From a virus: a stretch of 38,330 nucleotides of DNA. Each line of letters begins with the position of its first letter. Within the stretch, counting starts at the first letter, position 1. Made by a program: the position numbers and the translations under genes. The notes beneath the pieces were generated by a model, which was given only the letters and a program-made list of their open reading frames with translations, made no database searches and was not told where the DNA came from. This document shows, in pieces, positions 27,500 to 38,022 of this stretch. The stretch lies in UHGV virus genome UHGV-0177677; one strand, given 5' to 3'.

Positions 27500-27513
27500 A
27501 ACGTTTAAGAAAA
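27488..27513. repeat. Right recombination (crossover) site of invertible segment
   Basis: TTCTCCCAAACC-AA-CGTTTAAGAAAA, hix/gix-like 12-2-12 architecture; inverted repeat of the site in H. Confidence 0.65.
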
Positions 27514-27568
27514 TGCAGAGATTACGGCTAACTGGCATCATCTCCGGTTTTTATTCAGGGGGATGATC

Positions 27569-28135
27569 ATGCTTATTGGCTATGTACGCGTGTCAACAAA
27601 TGACCAGAACACCGATTTGCAACGTAATGCACTGAACTGCGCGGGATGTGAGCGGATTTTTGAGGATAAAATCAGTGGCACTAAGTCCGACAGACCGGGG
27701 CTGAAAAAACTGCTCAGGACACTATCGGCAGGAGACACGCTGGTTGTCTGGAAGCTGGACAGGTTGGGGCGCAGTATGCGGCATCTTGTTACGCTGATAG
27801 AAGAGTTGCGCCAGCGTGGTGTGAATTTCAGAAGCCTGACTGACAGTATTGATACCAGTACCCCAATGGGCCGTTTCTTTTTTCATGTCATGGGTGCCCT
27901 GGCTGAAATGGAACGCGAACTGATAGTTGAACGTACCAGGGCAGGGCTGGCTGCAGCTCGTGCTAAAGGCAGAGTAGGTGGACGCCGTCCTAAGTTGACC
28001 ACCGAACAGTGGGCACAGATTGGACGTTTACTCGAGGCCGGAGAATCAAGACTGCGTATTGCACTGATTTTTGATGTAGGCGTTTCTACCATTTATAGAA
28101 AATTTCCGGCAAATAAGAGCAATGAATCTCCCTGA
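27569..28135 (+). CDS. Serine recombinase DNA invertase (Pin/Gin/Cin/Hin family)
   Basis: MLIGYVRVSTNDQNTDLQRNAL... with catalytic Ser and C-terminal HTH; near-identical in pattern to e14 Pin as I recall it. ATG at 27569 with RBS caggggg. Confidence 0.9.
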   Translation: MLIGYVRVSTNDQNTDLQRNALNCAGCERIFEDKISGTKSDRPGLKKLLRTLSAGDTLVVWKLDRLGRSMRHLVTLIEELRQRGVNFRSLTDSIDTSTPMGRFFFHVMGALAEMERELIVERTRAGLAAARAKGRVGGRRPKLTTEQWAQIGRLLEAGESRLRIALIFDVGVSTIYRKFPANKSNESP

Positions 28136-28173
28136 ATCAGCATTATTTTGATTATCCCTGCAAGCAGACAAAT

Positions 28174-28191
28174 ACCGTCATTTTGTGTGAA
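28174..28191. promoter_or_regulatory. Late-promoter activator site TGT-N12-ACA upstream of FI (P_F)
   Basis: TGTgtgaataacggtACA in the invertase-FI intergenic region. Confidence 0.55.
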
Positions 28192-28277
28192 TAACGGTAC
28201 AACTGCGCTTAGCTGTTTGTCAGGCACAATCACTTCAACATAGGGCGAAGCCTAATCCAATCAGGAGGTTCGCCACT

Positions 28278-29450
28278 ATGGCTCAGGATTACCACCACGG
28301 GGTGCGCGTTGTTGAAGTCAACGAAGGCACCCGATCCATTACCACGGTGAGCACCGCCATCGTGGGTATGGTCTGCACGGGCGATGATGCCGATGCAAAA
28401 ATGTTTCCTCTTAATAAACCCGTGCTGATCACTGATGTGCTGACTGCCAGCGGTAAAGCGGGTGAGTCCGGCACGCTGGCCCGTTCGCTGGATGCCATCG
28501 CTGACCAGGCAAAACCCGTGACCGTTGTTGTGCGTGTGCCGCAGGGTGAAACGGAAGAAGAAACCACGACCAATATCATCGGCGCAGTGACTGCTGAAGG
28601 TAAAAAAACAGGTATGAAAGCCCTGTTATCTGCCCAGTCACAGCTCGGCGTTAAACCGCGCATTCTCGGTGTGCCAGGCCACGACACCAAGGCGGTAGCT
28701 ACTGAGTTGCTGGGCGTGGCGCAAAGCCTGCGTGGGTTTGCTTACCTGTCAGCGTATGGCTGCAAGACTGTGCAGGAGGCGATCACTTACCGCGAAAACT
28801 TCAGCCAGCGCGAAGGGATGCTGATCTGGCCTGACTTTACTGGCTGGGATACGGTGCTGAATGCCGAAGCAACGGCTTATGCCACCGCCCGTGCGCTTGG
28901 TCTGCGTGCCAAAATTGATGATCAGACCGGATGGCACAAAAGCCTGTCCAATGTGGGCGTTAACGGTGTCACTGGAATTTCTGCTGATGTGTTCTGGGAT
29001 CTGCAGGACACGGCAACCGATGCTGGACTGCTGAACCAGAACGACGTCACCACCCTTATCCGCAAAGACGGTTTCCGCTTCTGGGGTTCCCGCTGCCTGA
29101 GTGATGACCCGCTCTTTGCCTTCGAAAACTACACCCGCACGGCGCAGGTGCTGATGGACACGATGGCAGAAGCACACATGTGGGCAGTGGACAAACCGCT
29201 GAACCCGTCGCTGGCGCGCGACATTATCGAGGGCATCCGCGCCAAAATGCGCAGCCTGGTCAGTCAGGGGTATCTCATTGGTGGTGATTGCTGGCTGGAC
29301 GAGTCGGTGAACGACAAAGACACTCTGAAAGCCGGAAAACTCACCATCGACTACGACTACACGCCAGTGCCGCCACTTGAAAACCTGATGTTGCGTCAGC
29401 GCATCACCGATCAGTACCTGGTGAATTTCGCCAGCCAGGTCAGCGCGTAA
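28278..29450 (+). CDS. FI: Tail sheath protein (P2 gpFI)
   Basis: 390 aa, [13 protein letters not shown]... P2 FI-like. Confidence 0.9.
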   Translation: MAQDYHHGVRVVEVNEGTRSITTVSTAIVGMVCTGDDADAKMFPLNKPVLITDVLTASGKAGESGTLARSLDAIADQAKPVTVVVRVPQGETEEETTTNIIGAVTAEGKKTGMKALLSAQSQLGVKPRILGVPGHDTKAVATELLGVAQSLRGFAYLSAYGCKTVQEAITYRENFSQREGMLIWPDFTGWDTVLNAEATAYATARALGLRAKIDDQTGWHKSLSNVGVNGVTGISADVFWDLQDTATDAGLLNQNDVTTLIRKDGFRFWGSRCLSDDPLFAFENYTRTAQVLMDTMAEAHMWAVDKPLNPSLARDIIEGIRAKMRSLVSQGYLIGGDCWLDESVNDKDTLKAGKLTIDYDYTPVPPLENLMLRQRITDQYLVNFASQVSA

Positions 29451-29459
29451 GGGGACAAC

Positions 29460-29975
29460 ATGGCTTTACCACGCAAATTAAAACACCTGAACCTGTTTAA
29501 CGACGGGAACAACTGGCAGGGGATCGTTGAGTCGCTGACGCTGCCGAAATTCACCCGCAAATATGAGAAGTATCGCGGCGGCGGAATGCCGGGGGCAGTG
29601 GATGTGGATCTGGGGCTTGATGACAGTGCGCTGGACACAGAATTTTCCATTGGTGGTACTGAACTGCTGCTGTTTAAGCAGATGGGCAAAGCCACGGTGG
29701 ATGGCATCCAGCTGCGCTTTACCGGCTCTATCCAGCGTGACGATACCGGGGAAGTGCAGGCCGTGGAGCTTGTGGTGCGTGGACGTCACAAAGAAGTGGA
29801 TTCCGGTGAGTGGAAGACGGGCGAAAGCAACACCACCAAAGTGACCAGTACCAACAGCTACGCGAAGCTGACCATCAATGGTGAGGTGCTCTATGAAGTG
29901 GACCTTATCAACATGGTGGAAATTGTGGACGGTGTGGACCTGATGGAAGCGCACCGCAACGCCCTCGGCCTCTGA
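29460..29975 (+). CDS. FII: Tail tube protein (P2 gpFII)
   Basis: 171 aa, follows the sheath gene. Confidence 0.9.
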   Translation: MALPRKLKHLNLFNDGNNWQGIVESLTLPKFTRKYEKYRGGGMPGAVDVDLGLDDSALDTEFSIGGTELLLFKQMGKATVDGIQLRFTGSIQRDDTGEVQAVELVVRGRHKEVDSGEWKTGESNTTKVTSTNSYAKLTINGEVLYEVDLINMVEIVDGVDLMEAHRNALGL

Positions 29976-30029
29976 TGTATCTGAACGGCGCGGGATACCG
30001 CGCCAGAACCCAATTTACAGGACAGCAAA

Positions 30030-30332
30030 ATGAGCGATAAGCAGACTGAAAAGACCATTCAACTGGATACCCCTATCAAGCGCGGTAAAACAGAAATCAC
30101 CGAAATTGTGCTGCGTAAACCGCAGTCCGGTGCGCTGCGCGGTACACGCCTGCAGGCCATTATGGATATGGATGTGAACGCGATGATGACCGTGATCCCC
30201 CGTATCTCCAGCCCGGCACTGACCGCACAGGAAATTGCAGAGATGGACCCGGCAGATCTCACTGCCATGTCGGTTGAGGTTGTCACTTTTTTGTTGAAGA
30301 AGTCGGTGCTTGCCGGTTTACCGACAGCCTGA
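30030..30332 (+). CDS. E: Tail assembly chaperone (P2 gpE)
   Basis: 100 aa, directly upstream of the tape-measure gene; contains a slippery heptamer near its 3' end. Confidence 0.85.
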   Translation: MSDKQTEKTIQLDTPIKRGKTEITEIVLRKPQSGALRGTRLQAIMDMDVNAMMTVIPRISSPALTAQEIAEMDPADLTAMSVEVVTFLLKKSVLAGLPTA

Positions 30333-30466
30333 CGGTTGACGATCTGGTGGCAGATATTGCCACCATCTTTCACTGGCCGCCATCCGTTACTGGCGTTATG
30401 CCGCTGACCGAAGTGCTGGAATGGCGGTATAAAGCGATTCAGAGAAGCGGGGCCAACGATGAGTGA
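30030..30466 (+). CDS. gpE+E' fusion made by programmed -1 frameshift
   Basis: Slippery T_TTT_TTG at 30287-30293 in the E frame. The -1 frame then stays open to TGA at 30464-30466 (…VEEVGACRFTDSLTVDDLVADIATIFHWPPSVTGVMPLTEVLEWRYKAIQRSGANDE). Confidence 0.6.
30287..30293 (+). other. Programmed -1 ribosomal frameshift slippery heptamer (T TTT TTG)
   Basis: X_XXY_YYZ motif in the correct register of gpE, followed by an open -1 frame. Confidence 0.6.
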
Positions 30467-33400
30467 TAATAACCTGCGCCTGCAGGTCATTCTTAATGCG
30501 GTTGACAAACTCACCCGCCCATTCCGTGCTGCACAGGCCAGTTCGAAAGAGCTGGCTGGCGCAATCAGAAACTCCCGTGACGCATTAAAGCAACTCAATC
30601 AGGCGGGTAACAGCCTGGAAAAATTTCGCAAGCTGCAGGTCGATAACAAGAAGTTAGGCGACAGGCTGAACTATGCCAGACAGAAGGCTAATTTGCTTAG
30701 CTCTGAGCTGGAGTCGATGGAACAACCATCACAACGGCACCTTGTGGCTTTAGGTCGGCAAACGCTGGCAGTCCAACGCCTGGAAGAACAACAAAAATAT
30801 TTGCAGAAGCAAACGGCGCTTGTGCGTGCAGAACTGTACCGGGCGGGAATTTCTGCGAAAGATGATGCGGGAGCAACTGCCCGTTTAGCCCGTGAAACAT
30901 CACGTTATAACCAGGAACTGTCGAAACAGGAGGCGCGGCTGAAGCGACTGGGGGAAGCTCAGCGCAGGATGAATGCAGCGCGTGCCAGTTATGCTCGTTC
31001 TCTGGAGGTGCGCGATCGCATCGCAGGAGCCGGAGCCACCACCACGGCTGCAGGGCTGGCAATGGGGACGCCAGTGATGGCGGCAGTAAAAAGCTATACC
31101 AGCATGGAAGATGCCATGAAAGGTGTGGCAAAGCAGGTCAATGGTCTGCGTGACGATAATGGCAACCGCACTGCACGTTTTTATGAAATGCAGGATGCCA
31201 TCAAAGCTGCCAGCGAACAGTTGCCGATGGAAAACGGTGCGGTGGACTTCGCCGCACTGGTTGAAGGTGGTGCGCGCATGAACATCGCAAACCCTGACGA
31301 CAGCTGGGAAGACCAGAAACGTGATCTGCTGGCCTTCGCCAGCACGGCAGCAAAGGCGGCAACAGCCTTTGAGTTGCCTGCGGATGAACTGTCAGAAAGT
31401 CTGGGGAAAATCGCCCAGCTCTACAAAATCCCTACCCGCAATATTGAACAGCTCGGTGATGCGCTGAACTATCTGGATGATAACGCCATGTCGAAAGGGG
31501 CAGACATCATTGATGTCATGCAACGTCTGGGCGGTGTGGCTGATCGTCTGGATTATCGTAAAGCGGCGGCGCTGGGTTCCACCTTCCTTACACTGGGCGC
31601 TGCGCCAGAGGTTGCAGCCAGTGCAGCAAACGCGATGGTGCGTGAATTGTCCATTGCCACCATGCAAAGCAAGAGTTTCTTTGAAGGGATGAATCTGCTG
31701 AAACTCAATCCTGAAGTGATTGAAAAGCAGATGACGAAGGATGCGATGGGAACCATCCAGCGCGTGCTGGAGAAGGTGAACGCACTGCCGCAGGATAAGC
31801 GTCTGTCTGCCATGACCATGTTGTTTGGTAAAGAGTTTGGCGATGACGCGGCGAAACTGGCAAACAACCTGCCGGAACTGCAGCGTCAGTTAAAACTGAC
31901 AGCGGGCAATGATGCGCTCGGCTCCATGCAGAAAGAATCCGACATCAACAAGGATTCACTTTCTGCGCAGTGGTTGCTGGTCAAAACCGGAGCACAGAAC
32001 ACCTTCAGCAGCCTGGGCGAAACGCTGCGCCAGCCGCTGATGGATATTCTGTACACGGTGAAAAGCGTCACAGGGGCGTTGCGTCGCTGGGTGGAAGCTA
32101 ACCCGGAACTGACAGGCACACTGATGAAAGTAGCCGCTGTGGTGGCTGCCGTTACCGTGGGCCTCGGCACCTTAGCGGTGGCGCTGGCTGCAGTGCTGGG
32201 GCCGCTGGCAGTGATCCGTCTGGGATTCTCTGTGCTGGGTATCAAAACGTTACCTTCCGTTACGGCAGCAGTAACTCGAACCAGCAGCGCGTTGTCCTGG
32301 CTGGCTGGCGCACCACTGGCACTGCTGCGACGCGGGCTTGCTTCATCGGGCAACGCCGCAGGTTTACTTACTGCGCCGTTGTCGTCTTTGCGCCGCACGG
32401 CATCACTGACGGGAAATGTCCTGAAAACGGTAGCAGGTGCGCCGGTTGCACTTTTGCGGTCTGGATTATCCGGTTTACGTGCGGTTGCTGTGATGTTTAT
32501 GAATCCACTGGCAGCACTGCGCGGTGGACTGGCTGCCGCAGGCGCGGTGCTGCGTGTGCTGGCATCCGGTCCGCTGGCGATGCTGCGCGTTGCCCTGTAT
32601 GCCGTATCTGGTCTGTTAGGTGCTCTGCTCAGTCCGATAGGTCTTGTGGTTACTGCACTGGCGGGCGTGGCGCTGGTTGTCTGGAAATACTGGCAACCCA
32701 TCACCGCATTTCTCGGTGGCGTGGTGGAAGGATTCAAAGCGGCGGCAGGTCCCATCAGTGCTGCATTCGAACCGCTTAAGCCCGTGTTCCAGTGGATTGG
32801 CGACAAAGTACAGGCGTTGTGGGGCTGGTTTACTGATCTGCTGACGCCCGTTAAGTCGACCTCTGCCGAACTGCAGAGCGCAGCGGCAATGGGGCGACGA
32901 TTCGGGGAGGCGCTGGCGGAAGGGCTGAATATGGTCATGCATCCGCTGGACTCGCTGAAATCCGGCGTTTCCTGGTTGCTGGAGAAACTTGGCATTGTCA
33001 GTAAAGAGGCCGCAAAGGCAAAACTGCCGGAAAGCGTGACGCGTCAGCAACCTGCGACGGTGAATACAGACGGTAAAGTGATGATGCCATCAGGTGGTTT
33101 TCCATCATGGGGATATGGTTTTGCGGGGATGTATGACAGCGGTGGGTATATCCCGCGCGGGCAGTTTGGCATTGTCGGTGAGAACGGGCCGGAAATTGTT
33201 AACGGCCCGGCAAATGTGACCAGCCGGAGAAATACAGCTGCACTGGCTGCCGTTGTTGCCGGAATGATGGGCGTTGCTGCCGCGCCTGCAGAGCTTCCGC
33301 CGTTACATCCTTTGGCACTTCCCGCGAAAGGCGGCGAAGCGATGGTGAGTCGTGCAGCCACTGTGCCGCCCGCTCAACGGATTGAGGCACCGACGCAGAT

Positions 33401-33536
33401 CATCATCCAGACGCAGCCAGGACAAAGTGCGCAGGATATTGCGCGGGAGGTGGCCCGACAGCTTGATGAACGTGAACGCAGGCTGAAGGCAAAAGCCAGG
33501 AGTAACTACAGCGATCAGGGGGGATACGACGCATGA
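30459..33536 (+). CDS. T: Tail tape measure protein (P2 gpT)
   Basis: 1025 aa, coiled-coil N-terminus and Ala/Gly/Leu-rich hydrophobic central region. Confidence 0.9.
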   Translation: MSDNNLRLQVILNAVDKLTRPFRAAQASSKELAGAIRNSRDALKQLNQAGNSLEKFRKLQVDNKKLGDRLNYARQKANLLSSELESMEQPSQRHLVALGRQTLAVQRLEEQQKYLQKQTALVRAELYRAGISAKDDAGATARLARETSRYNQELSKQEARLKRLGEAQRRMNAARASYARSLEVRDRIAGAGATTTAAGLAMGTPVMAAVKSYTSMEDAMKGVAKQVNGLRDDNGNRTARFYEMQDAIKAASEQLPMENGAVDFAALVEGGARMNIANPDDSWEDQKRDLLAFASTAAKAATAFELPADELSESLGKIAQLYKIPTRNIEQLGDALNYLDDNAMSKGADIIDVMQRLGGVADRLDYRKAAALGSTFLTLGAAPEVAASAANAMVRELSIATMQSKSFFEGMNLLKLNPEVIEKQMTKDAMGTIQRVLEKVNALPQDKRLSAMTMLFGKEFGDDAAKLANNLPELQRQLKLTAGNDALGSMQKESDINKDSLSAQWLLVKTGAQNTFSSLGETLRQPLMDILYTVKSVTGALRRWVEANPELTGTLMKVAAVVAAVTVGLGTLAVALAAVLGPLAVIRLGFSVLGIKTLPSVTAAVTRTSSALSWLAGAPLALLRRGLASSGNAAGLLTAPLSSLRRTASLTGNVLKTVAGAPVALLRSGLSGLRAVAVMFMNPLAALRGGLAAAGAVLRVLASGPLAMLRVALYAVSGLLGALLSPIGLVVTALAGVALVVWKYWQPITAFLGGVVEGFKAAAGPISAAFEPLKPVFQWIGDKVQALWGWFTDLLTPVKSTSAELQSAAAMGRRFGEALAEGLNMVMHPLDSLKSGVSWLLEKLGIVSKEAAKAKLPESVTRQQPATVNTDGKVMMPSGGFPSWGYGFAGMYDSGGYIPRGQFGIVGENGPEIVNGPANVTSRRNTAALAAVVAGMMGVAAAPAELPPLHPLALPAKGGEAMVSRAATVPPAQRIEAPTQIIIQTQPGQSAQDIAREVARQLDERERRLKAKARSNYSDQGGYDA

Positions 33537-34018
33537 TGATGGTGCTGGGATTGTACGTGTTTATGCTGCGCACCGCGCCGTATCAGGAACTGCAGTATCA
33601 ACGCAGCTGGCGACATGCGGCAAACAGCCGGGTAAACCGACGTCCGTCCACGCAGTTTCTGGGACCGGACAACGACATGCTGACGCTTTCCGGTGTTCTT
33701 ATGCCGGAGATAACAGGTGGCAGGCTGTCGTTGCTGGCACTTGAGCAGATGGCAGAACAGGGGAAAGCATGGCCCCTGATTGAAGGCAGCGGCACGATTT
33801 ACGGCATGTATGTGATTGAGGGACTGAATCAGACTAAAACGGAGTTTTTCCGCGACGGTATGCCGCGCCGGATTGAGTTCACTCTGTCGCTCAAACGGGT
33901 GGATGAATCCCTGTCCGATATGTTCGGTGATCTCAGTGCGCAGCTGAATAATCTGCAGGACACGGCAACGTCTGCCTTAAGCGATATCAGTAAAACGGTG
34001 GGAGGGCTGCTGTCGTGA
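33533..34018 (+). CDS. U: Tail protein (P2 gpU)
   Basis: 161 aa, start overlaps the T stop. Confidence 0.85.
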   Translation: MMMVLGLYVFMLRTAPYQELQYQRSWRHAANSRVNRRPSTQFLGPDNDMLTLSGVLMPEITGGRLSLLALEQMAEQGKAWPLIEGSGTIYGMYVIEGLNQTKTEFFRDGMPRRIEFTLSLKRVDESLSDMFGDLSAQLNNLQDTATSALSDISKTVGGLLS

Positions 34019-35115
34019 ATTTCAGCTCTGAACTGCTTAACAAAGGCAACAAAACTCCGGCATTCAGCATCAGTATTGAAGGCAGGGATATCACCACTGT
34101 GCTGGACAACCGCCTGATGGGGCTGACGCTGACGGATAACCGGGGCTTTGAAGCAGACCAGCTTGATCTGGAGCTGGACGACGCCGACGGAAAAATCGTG
34201 CTGCCGCGCCGTGGTGCGGTCATTACGCTGGCGCTGGGCTGGAAGGGGCAGCCGCTTTTCCCGAAAGGAGCATTCACGGTGGACGAGATTGAACACACTG
34301 GCGCACCGGACCGCCTGACTATCCGGGCGCGAAGTGCTGATTTTCGTGAAACCCTGAATACCCGCCGTGAAAAATCGTGGCACAAGACCACCGTTGGGGA
34401 AGTGGTGAAGGAAATAGCTGCGCGGCACAAACTGAAGATGGCATTGGGTGAAGACCTGTCGGATAAACCCGTGGAGCATATAGACCAGACCAATGAGAGT
34501 GACGGCAGTTTTCTGATGCGGCTGGCGCGCCAGTACGGTGCTATTGCGTCGGTGAAAAATGGCAATCTGTTATTCATCCGGCAGGGACAGGGTAAAAGCG
34601 CCAGCGGTAAACCACTGCCGGTGATCACTATCACACGGAAGGACGGCGACAGTCACCGCTTTACCCTGGCAGATCGCGGAGCCTACACGGGCGTAATTGC
34701 CAGCTGGTTGCATACCCGCGAACCCGCGAAGAAAGAAAGCACCACGGTGAAGCGTAAGCGCAGGACTAAGAAGCAGAAGAAAGAGCCGGAAGCGAAGCAG
34801 GGCGATTACCTGGTGGGGACGGATGAAAACGTGCTGGTACTTAATCGCACTTATGCCAACCGGAGCAACGCCGAACGAGCGGCGAAAATGCAGTGGGAAC
34901 GCCTGCAACGCGGTGTTGCGTCATTCTCGCTACAACTGGCGGAAGGTCGGGCAGATCTCTACACGGAAATGCCTGTGAAGGTCAGTGGCTTTAAACAGCC
35001 GATAGATGATGCGGAATGGACCATTACCACCCTGACACATACTGTCAGCCCGGATAATGGTTTTACGACCAGTCTGGAGCTTGAAGTGAGGATTGATGAT
35101 TTCGAAATGGAATGA
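34015..35115 (+). CDS. D: Tail protein / late control gene D (P2 gpD)
   Basis: 366 aa, position and P2 D-like sequence. Confidence 0.9.
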   Translation: MNFSSELLNKGNKTPAFSISIEGRDITTVLDNRLMGLTLTDNRGFEADQLDLELDDADGKIVLPRRGAVITLALGWKGQPLFPKGAFTVDEIEHTGAPDRLTIRARSADFRETLNTRREKSWHKTTVGEVVKEIAARHKLKMALGEDLSDKPVEHIDQTNESDGSFLMRLARQYGAIASVKNGNLLFIRQGQGKSASGKPLPVITITRKDGDSHRFTLADRGAYTGVIASWLHTREPAKKESTTVKRKRRTKKQKKEPEAKQGDYLVGTDENVLVLNRTYANRSNAERAAKMQWERLQRGVASFSLQLAEGRADLYTEMPVKVSGFKQPIDDAEWTITTLTHTVSPDNGFTTSLELEVRIDDFEME

Positions 35116-35205
35116 TTCTTCGCAATGGAGAACTTTTAAGTTTGCAAAATGGAATAATGCGGTATCATTATTGTGAATTTAGCAAAAATGGGGAGAACTC
35201 GAAAA

Positions 35206-35424
35206 ATGATGATTTGCCCACTGTGTGGAAGTGCCGCCCATACTCGCAGCAGTTTTCAGGTATCTTCATTGACCAAAGAGCGTTACAACCAGTGCCAGAA
35301 CATTAACTGCAGCCATACTTTTGTTACCCATGAAACTTTTGTTCGTTCGATTGCAACGCCAAAAGAGTCAAATCCGGTTCAGCCGCATCCAATGAAATCA
35401 GGACAGGTGGCGCTCTCTCTTTGA
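35206..35424 (+). CDS. ogr: Late gene transcriptional activator, Ogr/Delta zinc-finger family
   Basis: 72 aa from ATG at 35206 (the track ORF starts at 35173): MMICPLCGSAAHTRSS...KERYNQCQNINCSHTF matches the P2 Ogr pattern (CPLC...RY.QCQN.NCS.TF). Confidence 0.85.
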   Translation: MMICPLCGSAAHTRSSFQVSSLTKERYNQCQNINCSHTFVTHETFVRSIATPKESNPVQPHPMKSGQVALSL

Positions 35425-35489
35425 CGCTGCCGCCATTTTGTCGCCATCGTTAAAAAACAGTGTTTCTAACATCATGATTTTAAACAGCT

Positions 35490-35515
35490 TAAATTTCAGG
35501 CAACAAAAAACCCAT
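35490..35515. repeat. attR core (26-bp direct repeat)
   Basis: Identical to 591-616. Confidence 0.8.
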
Positions 35516-35547
35516 CAACCTTGAACCGAAATGGCGGGGTTGATGGG
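35505..35547 (-). terminator. Rho-independent terminator of host ybjL (overlaps att core)
   Basis: Stem cccatcaacc / ggttgatggg at 35511-35547, followed on the minus strand by TTTTTTG. Confidence 0.55.
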
Positions 35548-35660
35548 CTCCACAAAATGGGGACATCAAAGAAAAGCAGTGGCACTAATTAAGACTGATG
35601 CCCTGCGGAAAAGTTCTGCGGTTGTGCAAAAAAAAATTCATTTTCAGGGCAACTTCAGTT

Positions 35661-37346
35661 TTATCCTAATCCTGGCCATACCATGACGATGATTGTCCCT
35701 GCCAGCGTCAGCAGGACGTTGGCGATTGCATAGGTGCCCGCATAGCCCAGCGCCGGGATGTTACTGCGAGCTGTATCACTGATGATCTCCATTGCCGGCG
35801 CGCAGGTGCGTGCGCCCATCATTGCGCCGAACAACAGTGCGCGGTTCATTCGCAATACATAAGCACCGAACAAGAAACAGATAACCACTGGCACAAGACT
35901 GACAATCAATCCGGCAATCAACATCTGACCGCCAATCGCGCCCAGGCCGTTATTAATACCGCTACCGGCGCTCAGACCAACGCCTGCCATAAACACCATT
36001 AAGCCGAACTCTTTCACCATGCTTAATGCACCCTGCGGAATGTAACCGAAGGTCGGGTGGTTAGCGCGCATAAATCCCAGCATAATTCCGGCGAATAACA
36101 ACCCGGCAGCGTTCCCCATGCCGAAACTGAATGTGCTGAACTGGAAGGTGATCATCCCGATCATCAGCCCAATAACAAAGAAGGCGCAGAATGCCAGCAA
36201 GTCAGTGACCTGGCTGTGAATCGAGATAAAGCCGATGCGATCGGCGATGGTTTTTACGCGACGGGCATCGCCGCTGACTTGTAAAACGTCACCTTTGTTA
36301 AGCACGACGTTGTCATCTATCGGCATCTCAATCTGGCTACGAATGACGCGGTTAAGGAAGCAACCGTGATCGGTCAACTTCAGTTGTGCGAGACGTTTGC
36401 CCACGGCGTTATGGTTTTTAACGACCACTTCTTCAGTGACGATACGCATGTCGAGAAGGTCACGATCGAAAACTTCTTTGCCGTTACGGAAGCTGGGATC
36501 GAGTCGTGCGTGGGCGTCGGGATAGCCTACCAACGCTATTTCATCGCCCATTTGTAGCACAGCATCACCGTCTGGATTCGCCAGAATCCCGTTACGTCGA
36601 ATACGTTCAATGTAGCAGCCAGTTTGTCGATAAATACCCAGTTCACGCAGATTTTTGCCGTCGGTCCAGGCCACCAGCTCCGGGCCGACGCGGTAGGCGC
36701 GGATCACCGGTAAATAAACCTTACGGTTGGCATCAGTGTCCAGGCCACGTTCGCGGGCGATTTGCTGGGCGCTGGTCTGTAAGTCCTGATGCTGCAATTT
36801 CGGCAAGTAACGCGCACCAACAATCAAACTCACCAGACCGATTAAATAGGTTAAGGCATACCCGAGGCTCAGATTATCCAGTGCCAGTGAGAGCTGCCTG
36901 CTTTCCATGCCGGAATGACGCAGTGTATCGCCAGCACCGACCAGAACCGGTGTCGACGTCATAGAGCCAGCTAACATACCGGCCGTCAGGCCAATATCCC
37001 AGCCAAACAGCTTACCTAACCCTAAGGCGATCACCAGCGCACTGCCAACCATCACCAGTGCTAACATTAGGTAATTTTTCCCATCGCGAAAAAAAATGGA
37101 AAAAAAGTTCGGTCCGGCTTCGACCCCGACGCAGAAAATAAACAGCATAAAGCCAAGATTAAGCGCGTCGGTGTTAATGCTGAAATGTTGTTGGCCTAAT
37201 AACAGCGATACGACTAAAACGCCAATGGAATTACCCAGTTGGATCGAACCAAGTCGTAATTTCCCGAGACATAGCCCAAGCGCGAGGACCACAAATAATA
37301 ACAGAATGTAATTCCCATTTAACAATTCGGCGACGTTTATATTCAC
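35661..37346 (-). CDS. ybjL: Putative transporter YbjL (AAE-family, two TrkA-C-like domains), host gene
   Basis: 561 aa, multi-pass membrane protein; sequence and gene neighbourhood correspond to E. coli ybjL. Confidence 0.9.
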
Positions 37347-37615
37347 GGAGGCTAACTTCTTGTTTACTAGTAAGCTGTTGAAAGAAATGGTAATTTACGA
37401 TAATGTTTTTTACCAGAATTCAGGGCGCAGATTCATTCAGCGCACCTAAACGATAGTAAAGTAACAATATATTTTACTAGTGTAATCACATTAGGTATCA
37501 ACGGCTATATGAATTGCGTTGGCCTATATTAGCATGGAATGCGAAGCGGCTTTATCTTACTGAACGCCACACTGGCGAAAAATGTGTTCGATAGACGCAG
37601 TGTCAGGAGGAACGA

Positions 37616-37993
37616 GTGAAACATAAACAACGTTGGGCGGGGGCAATCTGCTGTTTTGTCCTCTTCATTGTGGTGTGTCTTTTTCTGGCGACGCACATGA
37701 AAGGCGCTTTTCGGGCTGCCGGGCATCCTGAAATCGGTTTGCTATTTTTCATTCTTCCTGGTGCAGTTGCCAGCTTCTTTTCACATCGTAGAGAAGTCCT
37801 GAAACCTCTGTTTGGCGCAATGCTGGCGGCACCCTGTTCGATGCTCATTATGCGGCTGTTTTTTTCACCGACGCGCTCATTCTGGCAAGAGCTGGCATGG
37901 TTATTAAGTGCGGTGTTCTGGTGTGCGCTGGGGGCATTGTGTTTCTTATTTATCAGTAGTTTGTTTAAACCACAGCACAGAAAAAATCAATAA
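37616..37993 (+). CDS. ybjM: Inner membrane protein YbjM, host gene
   Basis: 125 aa hydrophobic protein between ybjL and grxA, as in E. coli K-12. Confidence 0.75.
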   Translation: MKHKQRWAGAICCFVLFIVVCLFLATHMKGAFRAAGHPEIGLLFFILPGAVASFFSHRREVLKPLFGAMLAAPCSMLIMRLFFSPTRSFWQELAWLLSAVFWCALGALCFLFISSLFKPQHRKNQ

Positions 37994-38012
37994 AGCCCTC
38001 AACGCGAGGGCT
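37994..38012. terminator. Hairpin terminator between convergent ybjM and grxA
   Basis: agccctc-aacgc-gagggct stem-loop directly after the ybjM stop; T-run on the minus strand. Confidence 0.5.
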
Positions 38013-38022
38013 TGTCAGACGA

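Larger units (their letters stand above)
591..35515. mobile_element. Integrated P2/186-family prophage (Peduovirus-like), apparently complete
   Basis: Bounded by a 26-bp perfect direct repeat. Contains integrase, immunity region, replication gene A, a full P2-type head/tail/lysis gene set in canonical order, and ogr next to attR. Confidence 0.9.

Noticed and set aside
27500-27541. Apparent N-terminus ([14 protein letters not shown]...) of the minus-strand H' ORF as an independent start
   Set aside because: These codons lie at or beyond the right crossover site, with no promoter or RBS. The segment is better explained as a promoterless exon fused to H after inversion.
31886-32995. 369-aa minus-strand ORF (Ala/Ser/Pro-rich) inside the tape-measure gene
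   Set aside because: Antisense to gpT; its low-complexity composition mirrors the Ala/Gly-rich tape-measure codons and there is no independent start context.
33829-34634. Two overlapping ~215-aa minus-strand ORFs across U/D
   Set aside because: Antisense to the conserved tail genes U and D; no supporting signals.
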